The notes under the pieces were generated by a model. That model was not told the origin of the DNA and searched no databases. It worked only from the letters and a program-made list of their open reading frames with translations. From Euglena gracilis (lineage: Eukaryota), in contig CP154954.1 of NCBI GenBank assembly GCA_039621445.1, positions 33,209,455 through 33,273,454 on the forward strand: DNA of 64,000 nucleotides, given 5' to 3'. Positions 37,631 to 51,100 of the stretch are shown piece after piece. Every line of letters begins with the position of its first letter. Position 1 is the first letter of the stretch. The translations under genes were made by a program, and so were the position numbers.

Positions 37631-38681
37631 GACAGCGCAGCACAACCACGAGGGTGCGTGCTGGCGGGATAAAGGCCGGGGGGGGGGTCGCTGGTTTCTG
37701 AGAGCCGTCTCGGGGGTAATGACGTTACAGGGGTTGGCGCATTTCACCCCTTATGATAAGCCAGGGTGTGGTTACGTATTTTGAAAAGCAGCCAAGAGAC
37801 TGAGGGGATTGAAGTGATGTGGGCCGGGGAGGTTCACCGGACAAAATAGCTGACCACGTTGGGGGGTCATAAAATATTATACAACATCGGGTGAACTTGT
37901 CGTCTCGCGCATTGTGTCGTGCGGGGGGGGGGGGCACAGGAGGAGACGTGTGAGGAGTAAAAGGTTTGGGCGTCACACTCTTGGCCCAGCCCTGTCAAAT
38001 GTAAGGGCTGGTTCACCCTGGCACCAACTCTGAGGTGAGTGTGTCCGACTTCGCCAGGGGTTAGGGGGGGTTAGGGGGGGTGGTTAGGGGTTAGGGGGGG
38101 TTAGGGGGGGTTGGGGGGGTTAGGGGGGGTTAGGGGGTAGGGGGGTTAGGGGGGGTTAGGGGGGGCAAGGGGGTGGTTCGGGGTGTTGGTTTGTTATCAA
38201 AGACCGTTAGCCCTCACAATAATTGTAGAATTAAATGTTTTTTATTCAGTTTTCTTCTCACAACGATGCCTAGTACTATCAACTTCTTCGTATTCTCCAT
38301 TTTGGCGCGGAATTAGGAACGAAAGAAGCCCCTTTTTGCAAGCAGCATGCCTGAATGTCCAATCAATGCTTTGCTCTCTGATGTGAAAAAAAAAATACCA
38401 CTTTGGGGTTTGTGTTTTTTTGGTTGGGGGGGGGGGTTGGGGGGCCCCCCCCCCCCCGCCGTGCCGGACAGTTGCATACGAACAGCTCTTTCCTCAAAAA
38501 AATTTCCCACTTTGGGATTGTGTTATTTTGGTTCTGGGGGGGGGGGGTTCGGGGGGGGGGCTCCGCCCCCCCCCCCCCGCCGTGCCGGACCGTTGCATAC
38601 GACCCGCTCTTTCCTCAAAACGACTCACCTGCGGTAGGGGGGTTAGGGGATAGGGGGGTTAGGGGGGGTGGTTAGGGGGTA

Positions 38682-39314
38682 CAGTGCGGCTAAAAATTAC
38701 AGAAGACAGAAATTTTGGCAAAATACCCAAATTTTGCCATAATTTTTTCTCTCGTAATTTTCTCACTCCGTCGGTTTCCGACGCCCTCTTCCAGCCCACT
38801 TCCGGTTTGTGCCCAAAAGAACACAATGCTCATCCCAATTGAATGTCAGTTTCTTCAATGGTATATGCTCAGCCAGCTCCTTGAAAAACGGGCGATCGGC
38901 ATCAAGCACCTGGGGAAAATCACAGCAAAAATCGCTCTGCATTAGAAATTACTGACACCTGATCAGTGGCACAATTCTATCAGAAGTTGCAGCGAACGGC
39001 CTCCATTCTGTTTTTGCCAGCGAATATTTTGCCCATGCCTGACCGATCTTGAACGTTCCCCCATTTTTTTGCAAGCGTTGCTGGACGGGCACGTGCCACA
39101 ATACCTCGAGTGATTGTGGCCACTGGGGGACAGAAAAATACGTTGAACACACAATTAGGACAAAAATGTCGCTCACCTGTGCCAGAGGTCAATCCTTCAC
39201 GGGGACCAGATTTTGCCAAAATTAATTTTTCCAAAATAAAAATTTTGCCAAAATTTTTTTCTCGTAATTTTTTTTTGCCGTAATTTTTGTCTTCCGTAAA
39301 TTTTGGCCACACTG
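38682..39314. mobile_element. Tc1/mariner-type non-autonomous element within a telomere-like array
   Basis: TIR CAGTGCGGCTAAAAATTAC / GTAAATTTTGGCCACACTG, with TA on both sides. Confidence 0.75.
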
Positions 39315-39965
39315 TAGGGGGGTTAGGGGGGGTTAGGGGGGGACTAGGTGGGGTTAGGGGGGGTTAGGGGGTAGGTTGGGTTAAGGGGTCCCGGCTTTGT
39401 GCCATTTCTCCCTCCATCACATCCCTCCATCACATCTGAAGGTCCGGTATTTCAGTACCTCGTGCGAAGTTTACCATGTGCCACCATGCCACCGTGCCAC
39501 CATCCTATCTCCCTTGGAAGTCCAAGGACTCTGCCCAGGGCCGGACTCCCGACGCCCATGTCATTAGCACACTGCGCACTTATTAGGGGGTGTTCACCCA
39601 TTTGGGGGAAAACATTGCAAAAACTGGGGCCCACATTAGACATTGACCTACACCCCCCCACCCCTGGGGCGAATTTGCTAGTGGGTGCGCCAATGTTTGC
39701 AACCTTGGGGGCAGGGACAATCGCAGGCACTCCAAAGCACTCCCGATCCGACCCCCCCCCCCGTGGGGGTAGGGCACACGGCCAAAAGTGCCCTGGCACA
39801 GACCCCAGCGCCAAAGCCGCCGGGGAGCCAAAATTGGCCTATTTCCAAAGGAATGTGCCTGGGCACAGGCCGAAATCCGACCCTCCCATGGGGGCGTAGT
39901 GCCTGCCTGTGCAGGCACCCCAAGGCACTCTGGACCCCAGGGTTGGTAAAAAACAGCCTGGCTGT

Positions 39966-42900
39966 GAGTCCAAAGTTCCAAAATTGCTCGCAAAGGATTT
40001 CACTTACCTGAAGTTGCCAATCGAAGCATTTCGAAGCATTTCACATCACGATGAAATTTTCCAGTTTTGCAGAATTATGACAGTAGCAAGTGTCCACGAA
40101 GAATCAGATCAATTCTCGTTGCTCAACGCCCTTCAGGTTGATGCTTTACCCAGCATTCTTGAAACTGCCACCCACGTTCTTGTTGACATCTCTGCGGAAT
40201 GTGAAAGTGTGCAGGTGTGTTGTCAGATGCATTGAATTTTGGGCAGAGGAACGATTGGACAACAAGATCCTGATGGTGATCCACTTCCCCTGCTGCAGTC
40301 CGGACAAAAAGACGGGAAAGAAAATGACAGGGAGGGGGTGATGAAAATTTTTTCGATTTTTACAATTTTCAGAAATTCCAATGATGGGAAAACTCAACAT
40401 TTCAGGGAAAATGGTGGGAAATTTTTCCAAAATTTCAAAAGCTGGTCAAAGTAACCCCTTGACAGTTCCAGTCCAGGATAAATTTATGTATTATGTATTT
40501 ATGTAATTTATATAATCAGATTTGTACACTGTTTGCCAGCTTGCCTATGAAAAATGGAATTCCCCAAAATCTGGAAATTTGAAAAAAGCAAGTCTCAATT
40601 CAATCTGGCAAATCTTTCTGGAAAAATCAATCTCAAATCTGGCCACGCACACACTCCCCTTCCAAAAAGCAATTACCATGCAATTGCCCAAAACGTAAGT
40701 TTTGGGCAATTGCAAAACGTAAGTTTTGTAAGTGAAATTCGGGCTGGAGATCAAACTCGCAAAAACAAACACAGCTGCGGTATTGTGAAGTGACAAATGG
40801 CACTTCTCAAAATTGAACTGTGAAACCTTCAAACAAATAATCGTAAAAATAATCAAACCCACAGATAAATGCCATGTGGGGCCCTCCCTTCATTCTTGTT
40901 TCCCATGACCCCAAACACAAAGTCGCCCCCTCCCCAGGGCAAGAAAAAGCGGAAAATTTTTGGGTGGAAAAAATTGTGCATTTTTGCATTTTTGGTGGTG
41001 GGAGAAAACACAACCAAAACTTGGGATGGATTTGGCAGTGGGGCCGCCAATTTTTGCAGTATATCTAGGGAATGTCGAAAACCCAAACGTCCATGAAAAT
41101 GGATGGGGGAGAGTGAGGGTTAGTTGGGAGGGGGTCCGGTGGTCCGAGGGGGGGGCACAGCCCCATTTTCCCCCCATTTTTCCCCCATTTTTTTGTGGGG
41201 ACTGTTATGCGTCCCCACAACGCATAACAGTGGGGATTTGCGGTGAAGTGTGGGGGGGGGTTGAAGGGTTGGGGGGTGGAGGGGGTGGGGGCGGATTTGC
41301 TAGTGGGGGTCGGGTTTTTGCAATACCTCTTCAAAGTCCAATAGCCCAATAAGGAACGATGTGAAAAGCACATATTGAAAAATACTCCCGCAGGTTGCTG
41401 CTCGGATGCAGCTTCTGAAGAGGGCGTAATTTGTGTTTTTTTTTCTGTTGAGGATTGCCCCTTCAGGACAGCCACTGGACCCAAGGGTCAGCCAAGGGCC
41501 GGACTGGGGCTCAAGCAGGTTTAAAAAAAAGGTTGAAAAGCCAAAGGTTGAAGAAGGCATTCTTTGACGTTTTGAGAGGATTCGAGTATCACAAAAATCA
41601 CTCTTTTCCTGAAAGTCGACCCACTTTTGCCAAAGTGTGGCCATTTTTCCAGACGTGTTTCCTGTGCAGTTTGCACTGAATGTGCTGGGACAGAGGAGTT
41701 TTTTTGCTGCCCTGACACAAACACGGCGGTCCATATGTGACAGGAAGTTTTATCCCCCTAAAGGAATGCCCTTGGACCGCCCTTGGGCAGGGTTCAATAT
41801 CAGGAGGGCGCACCACATTCAGATGGGGGTGCCCCCCACCCCCTGGACCAGAAGGGGTCTGGACCCCCCCCCCCCCAGCCAGGTGGGTCCGGACCGACCC
41901 CGGGGGGTACCCAGGCACTCACCACACAAACTGGGCCAGAAGCGAAGTCAGCGCCGGCCATGAACAGACAAGAAGCCTTAGTGCAATTGAGGTCCGGCGC
42001 TTTGCGCCAATTTTTTTGCATTTTTGACAAATTTTTGCCCCAAACCTGCCCCAAAATGCACCCATGGCCGTTTTGAGGGTCAAAATTGCAAAGCGCCGAG
42101 CCAAACAGCAGTCACCTGGGACCACTGTTTAGGGGGGGGGGTGTCCCCCCCTTCCCTGCTGTGCGGAGGGGTGGGTCCGACCCCCCCCCACCTGCTCTGA
42201 CATCGAACCCTGCCCTTGGGCTGGAGGGCCACTCAAGTGCCACTCTGGAGCTTGAACCGGGTCAAAAACTGACATACAAAAACAACAGTTTTTGCCTCTA
42301 AAATATTGCTATTTCTTGGCCATTTTTCATCCTTCTGTCATTGAATGTGCTCCGACAGGTTTTTTGTTGCTCGAGGACCCTTTGCTTGTTGTCGTTTTCG
42401 AACTTGCAAGCTCCTTTTCCCCCACAGATTTTAACATTTTTTGCTGAACAATTTTTCGATTTTAAGAATTGGCAACCTAGGATGCCTCTCTCGTTGGGAT
42501 TTTCCAATCGAGGAGTGCAACATGGACCTCAAAAAATGGGACACCAGAACCCGCAAACAAGAACCAGGGCGATTCATGAGGGACGAGAAGTTTCTTTTCT
42601 TTTTCCCTCGAGGACCGCCCCCTGAGGACTGCCCTCATGCCCAAGGGATCCGGGGATCGAATGGGGTCAATCAAAACGTTAAAAAGCCATTTTTTGACAT
42701 TTTAGATAGATAGGCGATAACCCAAGAATGCCAGAAATCACTTTTGTTCCCTGAAGTCGACCCATTTTTGCCAAAATATGGCCATTTTTTTGTTCCTTTT
42801 TTCTATGCATTTTGCATTGAATGTGCTGGGACAGGAATTTTTTTTCCACGTCGAGGACCGCCCTGACAAGAACAAACGAAACGACAAATTCGTTTTGATG

Positions 42901-43847
42901 TAAACCCCCCCCAATTAAACCGACCCATTGGTTTAGGACTTTTGGGTTGGCGGAAATCGTGGAGGGGGTCAGTTTAGACGAGGGGTCGGTTTCAGGGGGA
43001 GCACATGGCTGGCCGACGGCGTGACGGAAGCGGGTTGATGTTAGCATGGCAGTTTCAATGGGTAAATGCCAATTTGGTCGGGCAATTCCTAACTTTGAGT
43101 GACAAATGCCTAATTTGGGATGCAAGTTCTGAATTTTCGGGGGCAAGTGCTGAATTTTGGGTGTAATATCCAATTTTTGGTGTCAGACTGCCTAATTTTG
43201 GGTGCAAACTTCAAATTTTAGATGGCAAACACCTAATTATGTAATTTTTGGGTTCCAACCCCAAAGTTTCGGAGGAAAATGCCCAGTTTGAGGTGCAAAC
43301 TCCAAAATTTGGAGGCAAATGCCTAATTTTGGGTGTAAAATCCTAATTTTGGGTCATCAATACCAACTATTCAATTAGCATGGACGCTCTTTCCTTTGGC
43401 GGCTTCCATTATGTTGTGCATGTTTGTCATCCAACTTGCCATGGGTCGGTTTATTTATTTTTTTGGTTGAAATTCTGCAATGGGTCGGTTTGGAAGGGTG
43501 GGTCGGTTTAAACGGGGGGTTTATTTTGGAGGAGTCAAGGGCTCTTTAAAAAAGGCCCAACTCAACTGTGAGTCCTGAGGATCAAGAGCTGGCCAAAATT
43601 ATCTACCAAAATGATGGCTGTTGGTTTTGATTGTGTGCTCTACTACATCATACGTGATTTTTATCAGAGTATTTTGCATCTGCAGGATATTGACCTCACC
43701 ATTAAGTCCAACGTGCTTCGTCTACAAGTTGGCTCGTCAATCAGAGAGATAAATCTTCCCTCAGTGGTACGGGACGTGGATTACACTGCAAAGTTCTTGA
43801 AGAAGAAACAACTTTTGAAGCTGTGCTTTGAGAAACTCCAGCTGTGA
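39966..43847 (+). CDS. 3' part of a gene with a C-terminal CS (PIH1-CS / p23-like) domain; exons ~39966/39996-40214 and 43686-43847
   Basis: A phase-0 GT-AG join gives ETATHVLVDISAECESVQ|DIDLTIKSNVLRLQVGSSIREINLPSVVRDVDYTAKFLKKKQLLKLCF, showing the LP..V....AKF.KKK..L pattern of PIH1-type CS domains. Upstream exons were not found. Confidence 0.65.
40523..40882 (-). mobile_element. Diverged fragment related to the mini-LTR element (part of the LTR, PPT and adjacent interior)
   Basis: Colinear similarity to 54852-55185, for example TGTACACTGTTTGCCAGCTTGCCT, AATCTCAAATCTGGCC and CCACAGAT.AAT.CCATGTGGGGCC. Confidence 0.75.
41788..42212. mobile_element. hAT-type MITE, family B (425 bp)
   Basis: TIR CAGGGTTCAATATCAG / CTGACATCGAACCCTG (14/16) and perfect 8-bp TSD CCCTTGGG. 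Confidence 0.9.
42565..42865. mobile_element. hAT-type MITE, family A (301 bp)
   Basis: CAGGGCG...CGCCCTG ends, perfect 8-bp TSD ACAAGAAC, and an interior similar to 10454-10774. Partial copies start near 46783, 49192, 50008 and 52442. Confidence 0.9.
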
Positions 43848-46800
43848 TGATTCTATTGTGAATGGTTGGCACTTTTTTTGCAGTTGAGCTGGTGTTTTCA
43901 CCTGAACGTGTTGCATTTGTGCCAGGTCACCGTTGGTGTCTTTCACCTGTTTCACCAGAGTTGTCTGATATGCACAACTGCTGCGACGCTTGGGAAGTTG
44001 CAGGCAATGCAAACCATAGGCAAAATGTTGCCTGCTTTTTGAAGTTGCAATGTCATCCCACACCAGACTTGTGACAGGGTGAGGAGTCCTCCAAGGATGG
44101 CATGGAAATTGCTTCACCATGAACCCCTCCCCCTACTTTTGCAAAAAGTGTGCACCCCAAAACTTTCTCCCTAAACGATGCCCGACTGGGTGCCCGACTG
44201 AAGGATGCCCAACTACGATGGTTTATGCTCTGGTTTTGACCGCGTTGGACAAATTGGGGCTTCAACCCAGCGAACACATCAAAAAAAATGCATTTTTTTT
44301 ACCCTTTCACCCCTTCGTGGACTTCGACCCCCTTCGTGGACGAGGCCGCCCTCAGGGAATCAAAAAAAAGCTTTCCTGTTCCTTCAGCACCGCCCTGCTG
44401 AGGCCAGATGCTTTCCCCCCGCCAGTTTTGGGGGGGGTTTCCTCAAGAGGGGAAAAATGGACCTTATGAACTGCCCTGTGTTTTTCCCGTCATTTGCCAC
44501 TTCCTTTCCAAGGGGGGTTATATTCGGGGAGGGGGGTTAGTTAGGCGTCAGACACCCGAGCTCCCCCGGGGGAGGTCCTAATGTGGGCGGTCCACAAGGG
44601 ACGGGCTTTTTTTCCCCCTTGAGGACTGCCCCTTGAGGACCGTTGGGCAGGGCTGGACGCTGGACGGGAGTCCCCGAAACCCCATCGGTGGTGGGTGGGG
44701 AGGGGGACGACCACCCCCTTCTCCACATCCTGGTGGGCGGGGGTCCACCCCACGTCAGGCATGTCGCTGTTTCTAGGGGCACCAACTTTTCGGCCAAAAT
44801 TTCCTTTGGCGGCACCGAAGGCCTGCTTGGGCCGCTGGCCAACGGCTGGTCCAGGGGTTGAATGGCAAAAAAACAAAAATTTTGACGTTGACGGATATTG
44901 CTTTTTTTGCCAAAAATATGTCCACTCCATTCTTGTGCATTTTCGTCGAATGTGTTGGGATGGGAAACATTCTCCCGCCCAGAACTGCCCCTAAGAATAC
45001 CCGGAGGTTTATCTTTATCCCCAGCTGGTAGTATGCCTTGATTCTGGCACATCTTTGAACGAGGTTTTCCCCACCTGTCTTTCATCACAGATTTTTTCTA
45101 AATGTCCTTTTGCAGACAATTGGCTGACACACTCACCAGACAGGTATGATGCTGCCCTCCCCTGCAGGTGGTTGCTCCACTGCTTTTCCACTCCCAGTTG
45201 CCCCATAGGGTTATCTGCACTCATCTGACACCTTTTCCCTCACCAGAACCCGTTGTGTTTTTGTCTTTCAATCTAAGGTATTCATCATGCTCTGTTTTAT
45301 CCTACGTGCGTCAAACAATGCATCTTCATGAGTATTTAAGTCCGTTGGGCAAGAGGGCAGGAGGATTTGCTCACCCCCCAAAATGACAACCCTAAAGGGC
45401 GTTTCAGGAAACAATGGGGTCCTCAGGGTACCATATTTTGGTGGCCATTTTGTTTTATGCACCTCTGGAAAGGGTTCGGGTGTGTCTTTGGGACCATATC
45501 GAGATAATTCGGAACCTGCTGTTTTGAAGGTGTCATGGTCCTGTCAAAGGTGGCCTTTGTGAACCTACACCTGGTCGGGACCCATCAGGGGTGCATTCTC
45601 CAGTCCGGACAAGAATTACGGGAGACAAAAATTTTGTGAAACCGCCTAAAGTGCACTGAATTTTCTTTTCTCGTAGTTTTTGGTTGGTTCTGGTGTACCT
45701 TTCCTAACCCCCCCCCCCCAAATAACCTGGTGGGGTGCCAGGTTATTGGAACCAACTTTTGGCCCTGTCCCCCCCCGCCAGGTTATTTGGGCCCTTTTTT
45801 TCAGCGTCGTAAAGGAACTTGCCTTAAAAAAGGGGGTGCCAAGTTACTGCAACCATTTTTTTTGCCCCTCCCCCCGCCAAATTATTCGGCCCCTCGCCAG
45901 GAGCAAGGACTCCGCCGGGGTTTACGTCTTTTTGGGGAGCTCGAGGGAAGTCAAATTTCAACATGAACTTTGAACGATTTTGTTTTGGAGTTAAGTGTTG
46001 GCTTTTTGCCCCAAGAATCTTAATTGCAACTAAAAGCTACTACCATTTCCACCAAATGTTTGATGATTTTTTTCATAACTGTCATTATTTGCTTTCAAAA
46101 TCAAAAATTCGAAGCATTTTTTTCATCATGTTTTCCAACTTCAGTCTCCCATAGTTTTTGTCCGCACCGTATATCATTTCACCTCCTCTGTTCATTGGGG
46201 ATGGAACGATGTTTGGCATCCTTGTGGCATAAGAATTTTGTTTTGGGCCCCTCTCGCATCTGCAAATGAGCTGAAATTCCAATGGCCACCGGTGGAGTGG
46301 ACGGATGCAGCAACACTTTTGAACTGACACTGCCAGATACCCAGAGGTTGGGTTTTGATACACCACCACGTACCATCCCACCCCCTGCAAGCCCTACCTG
46401 GTAAGCTTGGGCCCCTGATCTGTAGCAAACTACACGCTAGGAATACCATGTTAATGTCTGCATTGAGCATGGCTTGAGCAGCACTGAAATTATTTTTCAG
46501 ATGCTGCTTCCAATCTCCTTCCTCCAGGCTGCCAGCGCCAGACAAGTGCGCCGTTTCCGACCACACAGAATCCCTCTGATGCCAATGAGTGTGGAGGGTT
46601 TTGACCCGGCATTGGCTAAAATGTCGTCGTCGAGGTGGGGTGGACAAAACCCAGTTATCTTTCTTTTCTCTGGCTTGCTGTGCTTTTCTGTTTTCTTACG
46701 CGCAGAAAAACTTTAAAACCTTTTTCCAAATCCCTCAAAAAGCCTCAAAAATTCAGTTTGAAAAAGCAGGCCCTTTTCCCGCCCAGGGCAGCGCTCAAGG

Positions 46801-47616
46801 GATAGGTTTTTTTCCCACCAAGGACTGAGGGCCGGCCAAAAGCCGGTCCGGGTCGAAAATCAAACAGCTGGAAAATGCATTTTTGAACTTTTGAGTGGAT
46901 GGGCGATGGTCCAAGGATACCAGAAATCACTTCCTGCCCAAATATGCCATTTGTTTGGCCATTGTTTCTGTAGATTTTGCCTTAAATGTGCTGACACAGA
47001 TTTTTTTTTTGTTGTCCAAGGACTGCCCATTGTGCCAAATGTTTGCCAGTAGTCGAATATTTCCGTCATTTCCTCGAAGAACAAAAGTTTTCCTCATTGT
47101 TTCAAGATAAAAAAGGAGTGAGTCGCTTGCTGCCTGTTTTGTTTTCCATCATTTTGTCCACAGTCAAACAGAATAACACATCTTTTCGAGCTTTAGATGG
47201 ACAGACAATGTTCCAAGAATGCGAAGAAAAAATGTTTTCCTGGAGTTGGTTTGTATTTGCCGAGATTTTGCAGCTTCATGTTTGTTTGGTCAGAGGTGAT
47301 TCTGCCAGAATGTATTTTTAATGGTTTTTTCAAATACATTTCAGCAAAAGTTTTGGCAAAAACGGGTCAACCGCGGCAATGAATTCGGGAAACAGTGAAT
47401 TCAATGGTGGATGTTTTTCAGTCCTTTCCCCAGCAAAGATTGCTTCAGTTTCCACGTGAACAACAACACATACAACCTTTTCCACGTTTTGCACATATGC
47501 AAAACAACAATCCCCCAAGGCAAAAGAAGATTTCGAAAGAATCGAAGTGAATATCTGTTGACCGAAAACTGAGTCTTTGGAACGCCCCATCCAACCACAT
47601 TTTTATTTTCCTGTAG

Positions 47617-48047
47617 CTCCATGCCTTGCCCGAACACCTTGCCCGAATTATGGCCATTTTAAGTTGGTATCTGCACCAGTTTTGGCATGTTTCAAATGAA
47701 CCGTTTTCCAGCCATTTTCAGGTGAGGATTCTGATTTTTTTTTCAAAACATATCTCAAATATGATCGGGAGTTAAAGTATCACTGGACCTTTTAAATAAA
47801 GCCCATCACCCTATGCAAGCTCCAGGGCCTCTGCACCTGGCCCGAAAAATAACACATTTTGCTTTATTACTTATTTATTTTGTACAACATATATATCATA
47901 TTTTCTGATTTATTGTGTGCTTATTTATTTGAATTTTGTATATTTATAATTATGCATATTTTTTTTTATTGCATTTTTATTTATAAATTTGATTTATTAA
48001 TATAATATTATGTGTATATCTGGTAGAATAATAATGTGTAATTCTCC

Positions 48048-48111
<64 letters not shown>

Positions 48112-51100
48112 CAGTTTTTTTTTAAGGCGAAAATTCTCAATTTTTTTTCAGGGTTTTAATGCAATTTTTATGGTTTTTTAATGTTTTTTAAGGCACTTTG
48201 AAAAGTTCAAGAACTTTTAAGGCGGGCAGTCAAAGAGCCACCTGGGCATCGAACCAACGTCCGTCTAGGTTGAAGATCAAAAGTTTTAAAACTTATTTTT
48301 TGAGTTTTGAGTGGATATACACTGATGCCAGAAAGCATTTTTTCCCCCAGAGATGGCTTGTTTTTGCCGAGATGTTCCAAGTTTTTGTTTGAAATTCGAA
48401 AAATTTTATAGGACGAATTTTTTAAGGTTTTTTAAGGGTTTTTAAGGCGGGTTGGCAAAAAGAATTTTGAGGTTTGAACGGTTTTAAGGGTTTTTCAGGC
48501 GCCTTCACAAAATAATGCCTGAATCTAACTTTTTTAATTTCTAACTTTTAAATTATTGATTAATTAATTAATTAATTAATTTCTTTGTTGTTCTGTTTTA
48601 TTTTCCTAAATTTTCTCGAGTTGAACCTAGGCATTGTTATCATTATTTTTTCAGGTGAAAATTTTCAAAAATTTTAATATTTTTTAAGACTTTTTAATGT
48701 TAGGGTTATTTAATTTAATTAGGGCGTCTATTTTCCAAGGGCAGTCAAAGATTGAAAGAGCCATCTGGGCATGGAACCAACGTCGGTCAAGGTCGAACGT
48801 CAAAAAGTTGAAAAACCCATTGCTTTGAGTTTTTGGGTGGATAGACCATGTTCCAGCAATGCCAGAAATCAACTTTTCCCCTGCAGTTCCCCCGAGATTT
48901 CTTTTTGCGCACATTTTTGCGCACACATCGAAAACTTTGCAGAACGAATTTTTTAGGGTTTTCAGGTTTTCAGGTTTTTAAAAGCATTTTGGCAAATTTT
49001 TTCAGTTTTTTAGGTTTTTTAAGACTCTTTTAAAAAAGAATGCCTGCTCGAACCCTCGTTGTACGTCTGAAAGGTATGTTTTTCTCCCACTGAGCTCTGG
49101 CAATGTCCAACGACCTCATTGTGCTCCATCATGACCCCGAATTGTTTTTCATCCAAAGAGCCCAGCAACCCTGGTCATTGTCTGGGGATCGGCAGGGCGG
49201 TCGAAAAGGGACGGGAAGTTTTTTCCTCTCTTAAGGACCCCCTCTCAAGAACCGCCCTTGTGCCCTTGGGACGGCCAAGGGCCGAACTGGGGCTTGAACG
49301 GGGTCAAAATCAAAAAGTAAAAAACGCACATTGCGACGGTTGGGGTCGGACCAAAAGGAGGCAATACAGGTAATACAGGTTGACCCAAAATCTTCGGGTT
49401 ATGCTGCACATCTAGAGACACAAGTGACCTTGACCAATACCATTATTGACATTGTGGGTGGAATGTCACGAGCAGCCACAGTATGGTCGGGCATCCCTGC
49501 TCTCTTCACAGCAGGTCAGTTGCAAAACCCACACTTTGAGAAAATGACTCGTCCACAGATTTTTAAGTTAATGGGACCTGTTACACATGTTTTTCTGCTC
49601 TGACACAGATTCTTTCCCTTTTTCTCAGAGCCTTGCATCCAAAATGACACATGGCAGTACAATCAATGCAAAATTGATGCACCTAGGAATGTAACTGATT
49701 TGGAATCAAGCTGAGCCGAGGACAATCTTTAAATGGGCCAAAAATTTCGAAAAAAGAGAGGGCAATCTGGTTGGCTGCAAGGGCTGGTGCTGGAAAGGAA
49801 AAAAACTTTTTTCTTATGGGTGTTAGGCGACTTCAGACAAACAATCACTTCAAATGGAATCGTTCGCTGGTCTGAATAAAAACCCTTTTAATGAGAATAT
49901 CCAGTCCAGTTTTTTGGGGGGCAACCTGTATTAGGCCTGGTTTTTGCCAGAATTAGGCCAGAGTTTGGCCTTGCATAAATCCGAACCCCAACCCTATCCC
50001 TATCCCCCAGGGCGGTCCTTCACAGAAAAAAAAACTTCCCTTCCCTGCACATCCAATGAAAAATGCACAGGAAAAATCGACCAAAAAATGGCCATATTTT
50101 GGCAAAATTGGATCGACTTCAGGGAAAAGCAATTTTAATTAAATTAAAATTTATTTCCGGCATTCTTGGACCATTGCCCATCAGCCAACCCCTAACCCTA
50201 ACCCTGTCCTCAACGACACTCCTAACTTTCGCAACCCCAACCATTTGCCTCCTTGAAGCCAGTCATTCATTCATTTATTTGGCCCCCCATGGGCGACCAG
50301 TACATCAAGGATCTTGCTTCTACCTTTGTTATGCATCTGGTATACAGTTGCCACAGCCTGCCTCCAATGTTGCGATCAAGTCAATCAGCCTCGTTCCAGA
50401 TCATTGGGAAGCAGCGTTCCTGTTGAGACAGGAGATGGATAAAGGTCGCTTGTATGAATGGTGTTCTGTTTCGATTCTGAAAAGTTCTGAGAAATTCTGA
50501 AAAGACGGGGTTCCCAACGTTGGGAAATGTGGAAAGTTGGAAATTTCCAGGAAATTGAGGAAATTGTGGAAAATTGCGGATATGTGGCAAATCCCCGTCC
50601 AACAGAGAATTATTCATCTTTCCAGCACGGCCCACATTCTTCTGTTGCTGAATGCAAAAAGGGCGGTCTCAAAACAAAAAATTTTCATCCCAGTACACTT
50701 AATGCGAAATCCAAGGAACATGGTCAAACAAATTTTTTTACTTTTGGGGAAACATGTCGACTTAGGCCATTTCAAGGATTGATGTGCTCACCAAGAAAAC
50801 ATTGTGTTCACCTTATTTTTTTTCCACCAGTTTTGTAAATTGCCTGAAGTGATTAAAAAAAAGCATTTTTTTCACAGAGGTGCTTGTTTTTGGATCTGGT
50901 CTGACGAAATGGGGGTTGTTCATGTTTGCAGTTATGGTTCTAACAGATGTGTCTGCTTGATGTCTGATAAAAGATGTTTCTGTTCAGGATTTTTTTGTTT
51001 TCTTATGTGTTCACCACAGGGATTTGCTTAAGCTGGACCCCCCCTACCCCCCCGGGGGGGTCCAGCTAGCTAGCACCTTTTTTCCCAGCCAGCACCTCCC

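Noticed and set aside
38820-39125. Upstream exon of the CS-domain gene
   Set aside because: It lies inside the TA-flanked TIR element and has stops in all three + frames.
38057-39388. True chromosome end or telomere fusion
   Set aside because: The arrays are short, degenerate, all in the same orientation and flanked by ordinary sequence on both sides.
43862-47560. Further exon-like segments between the CS-domain and PPR genes
   Set aside because: Several have splice-like ends, but I could not join them into one stop-free frame. They may be 5' PPR exons, so this remains unresolved.
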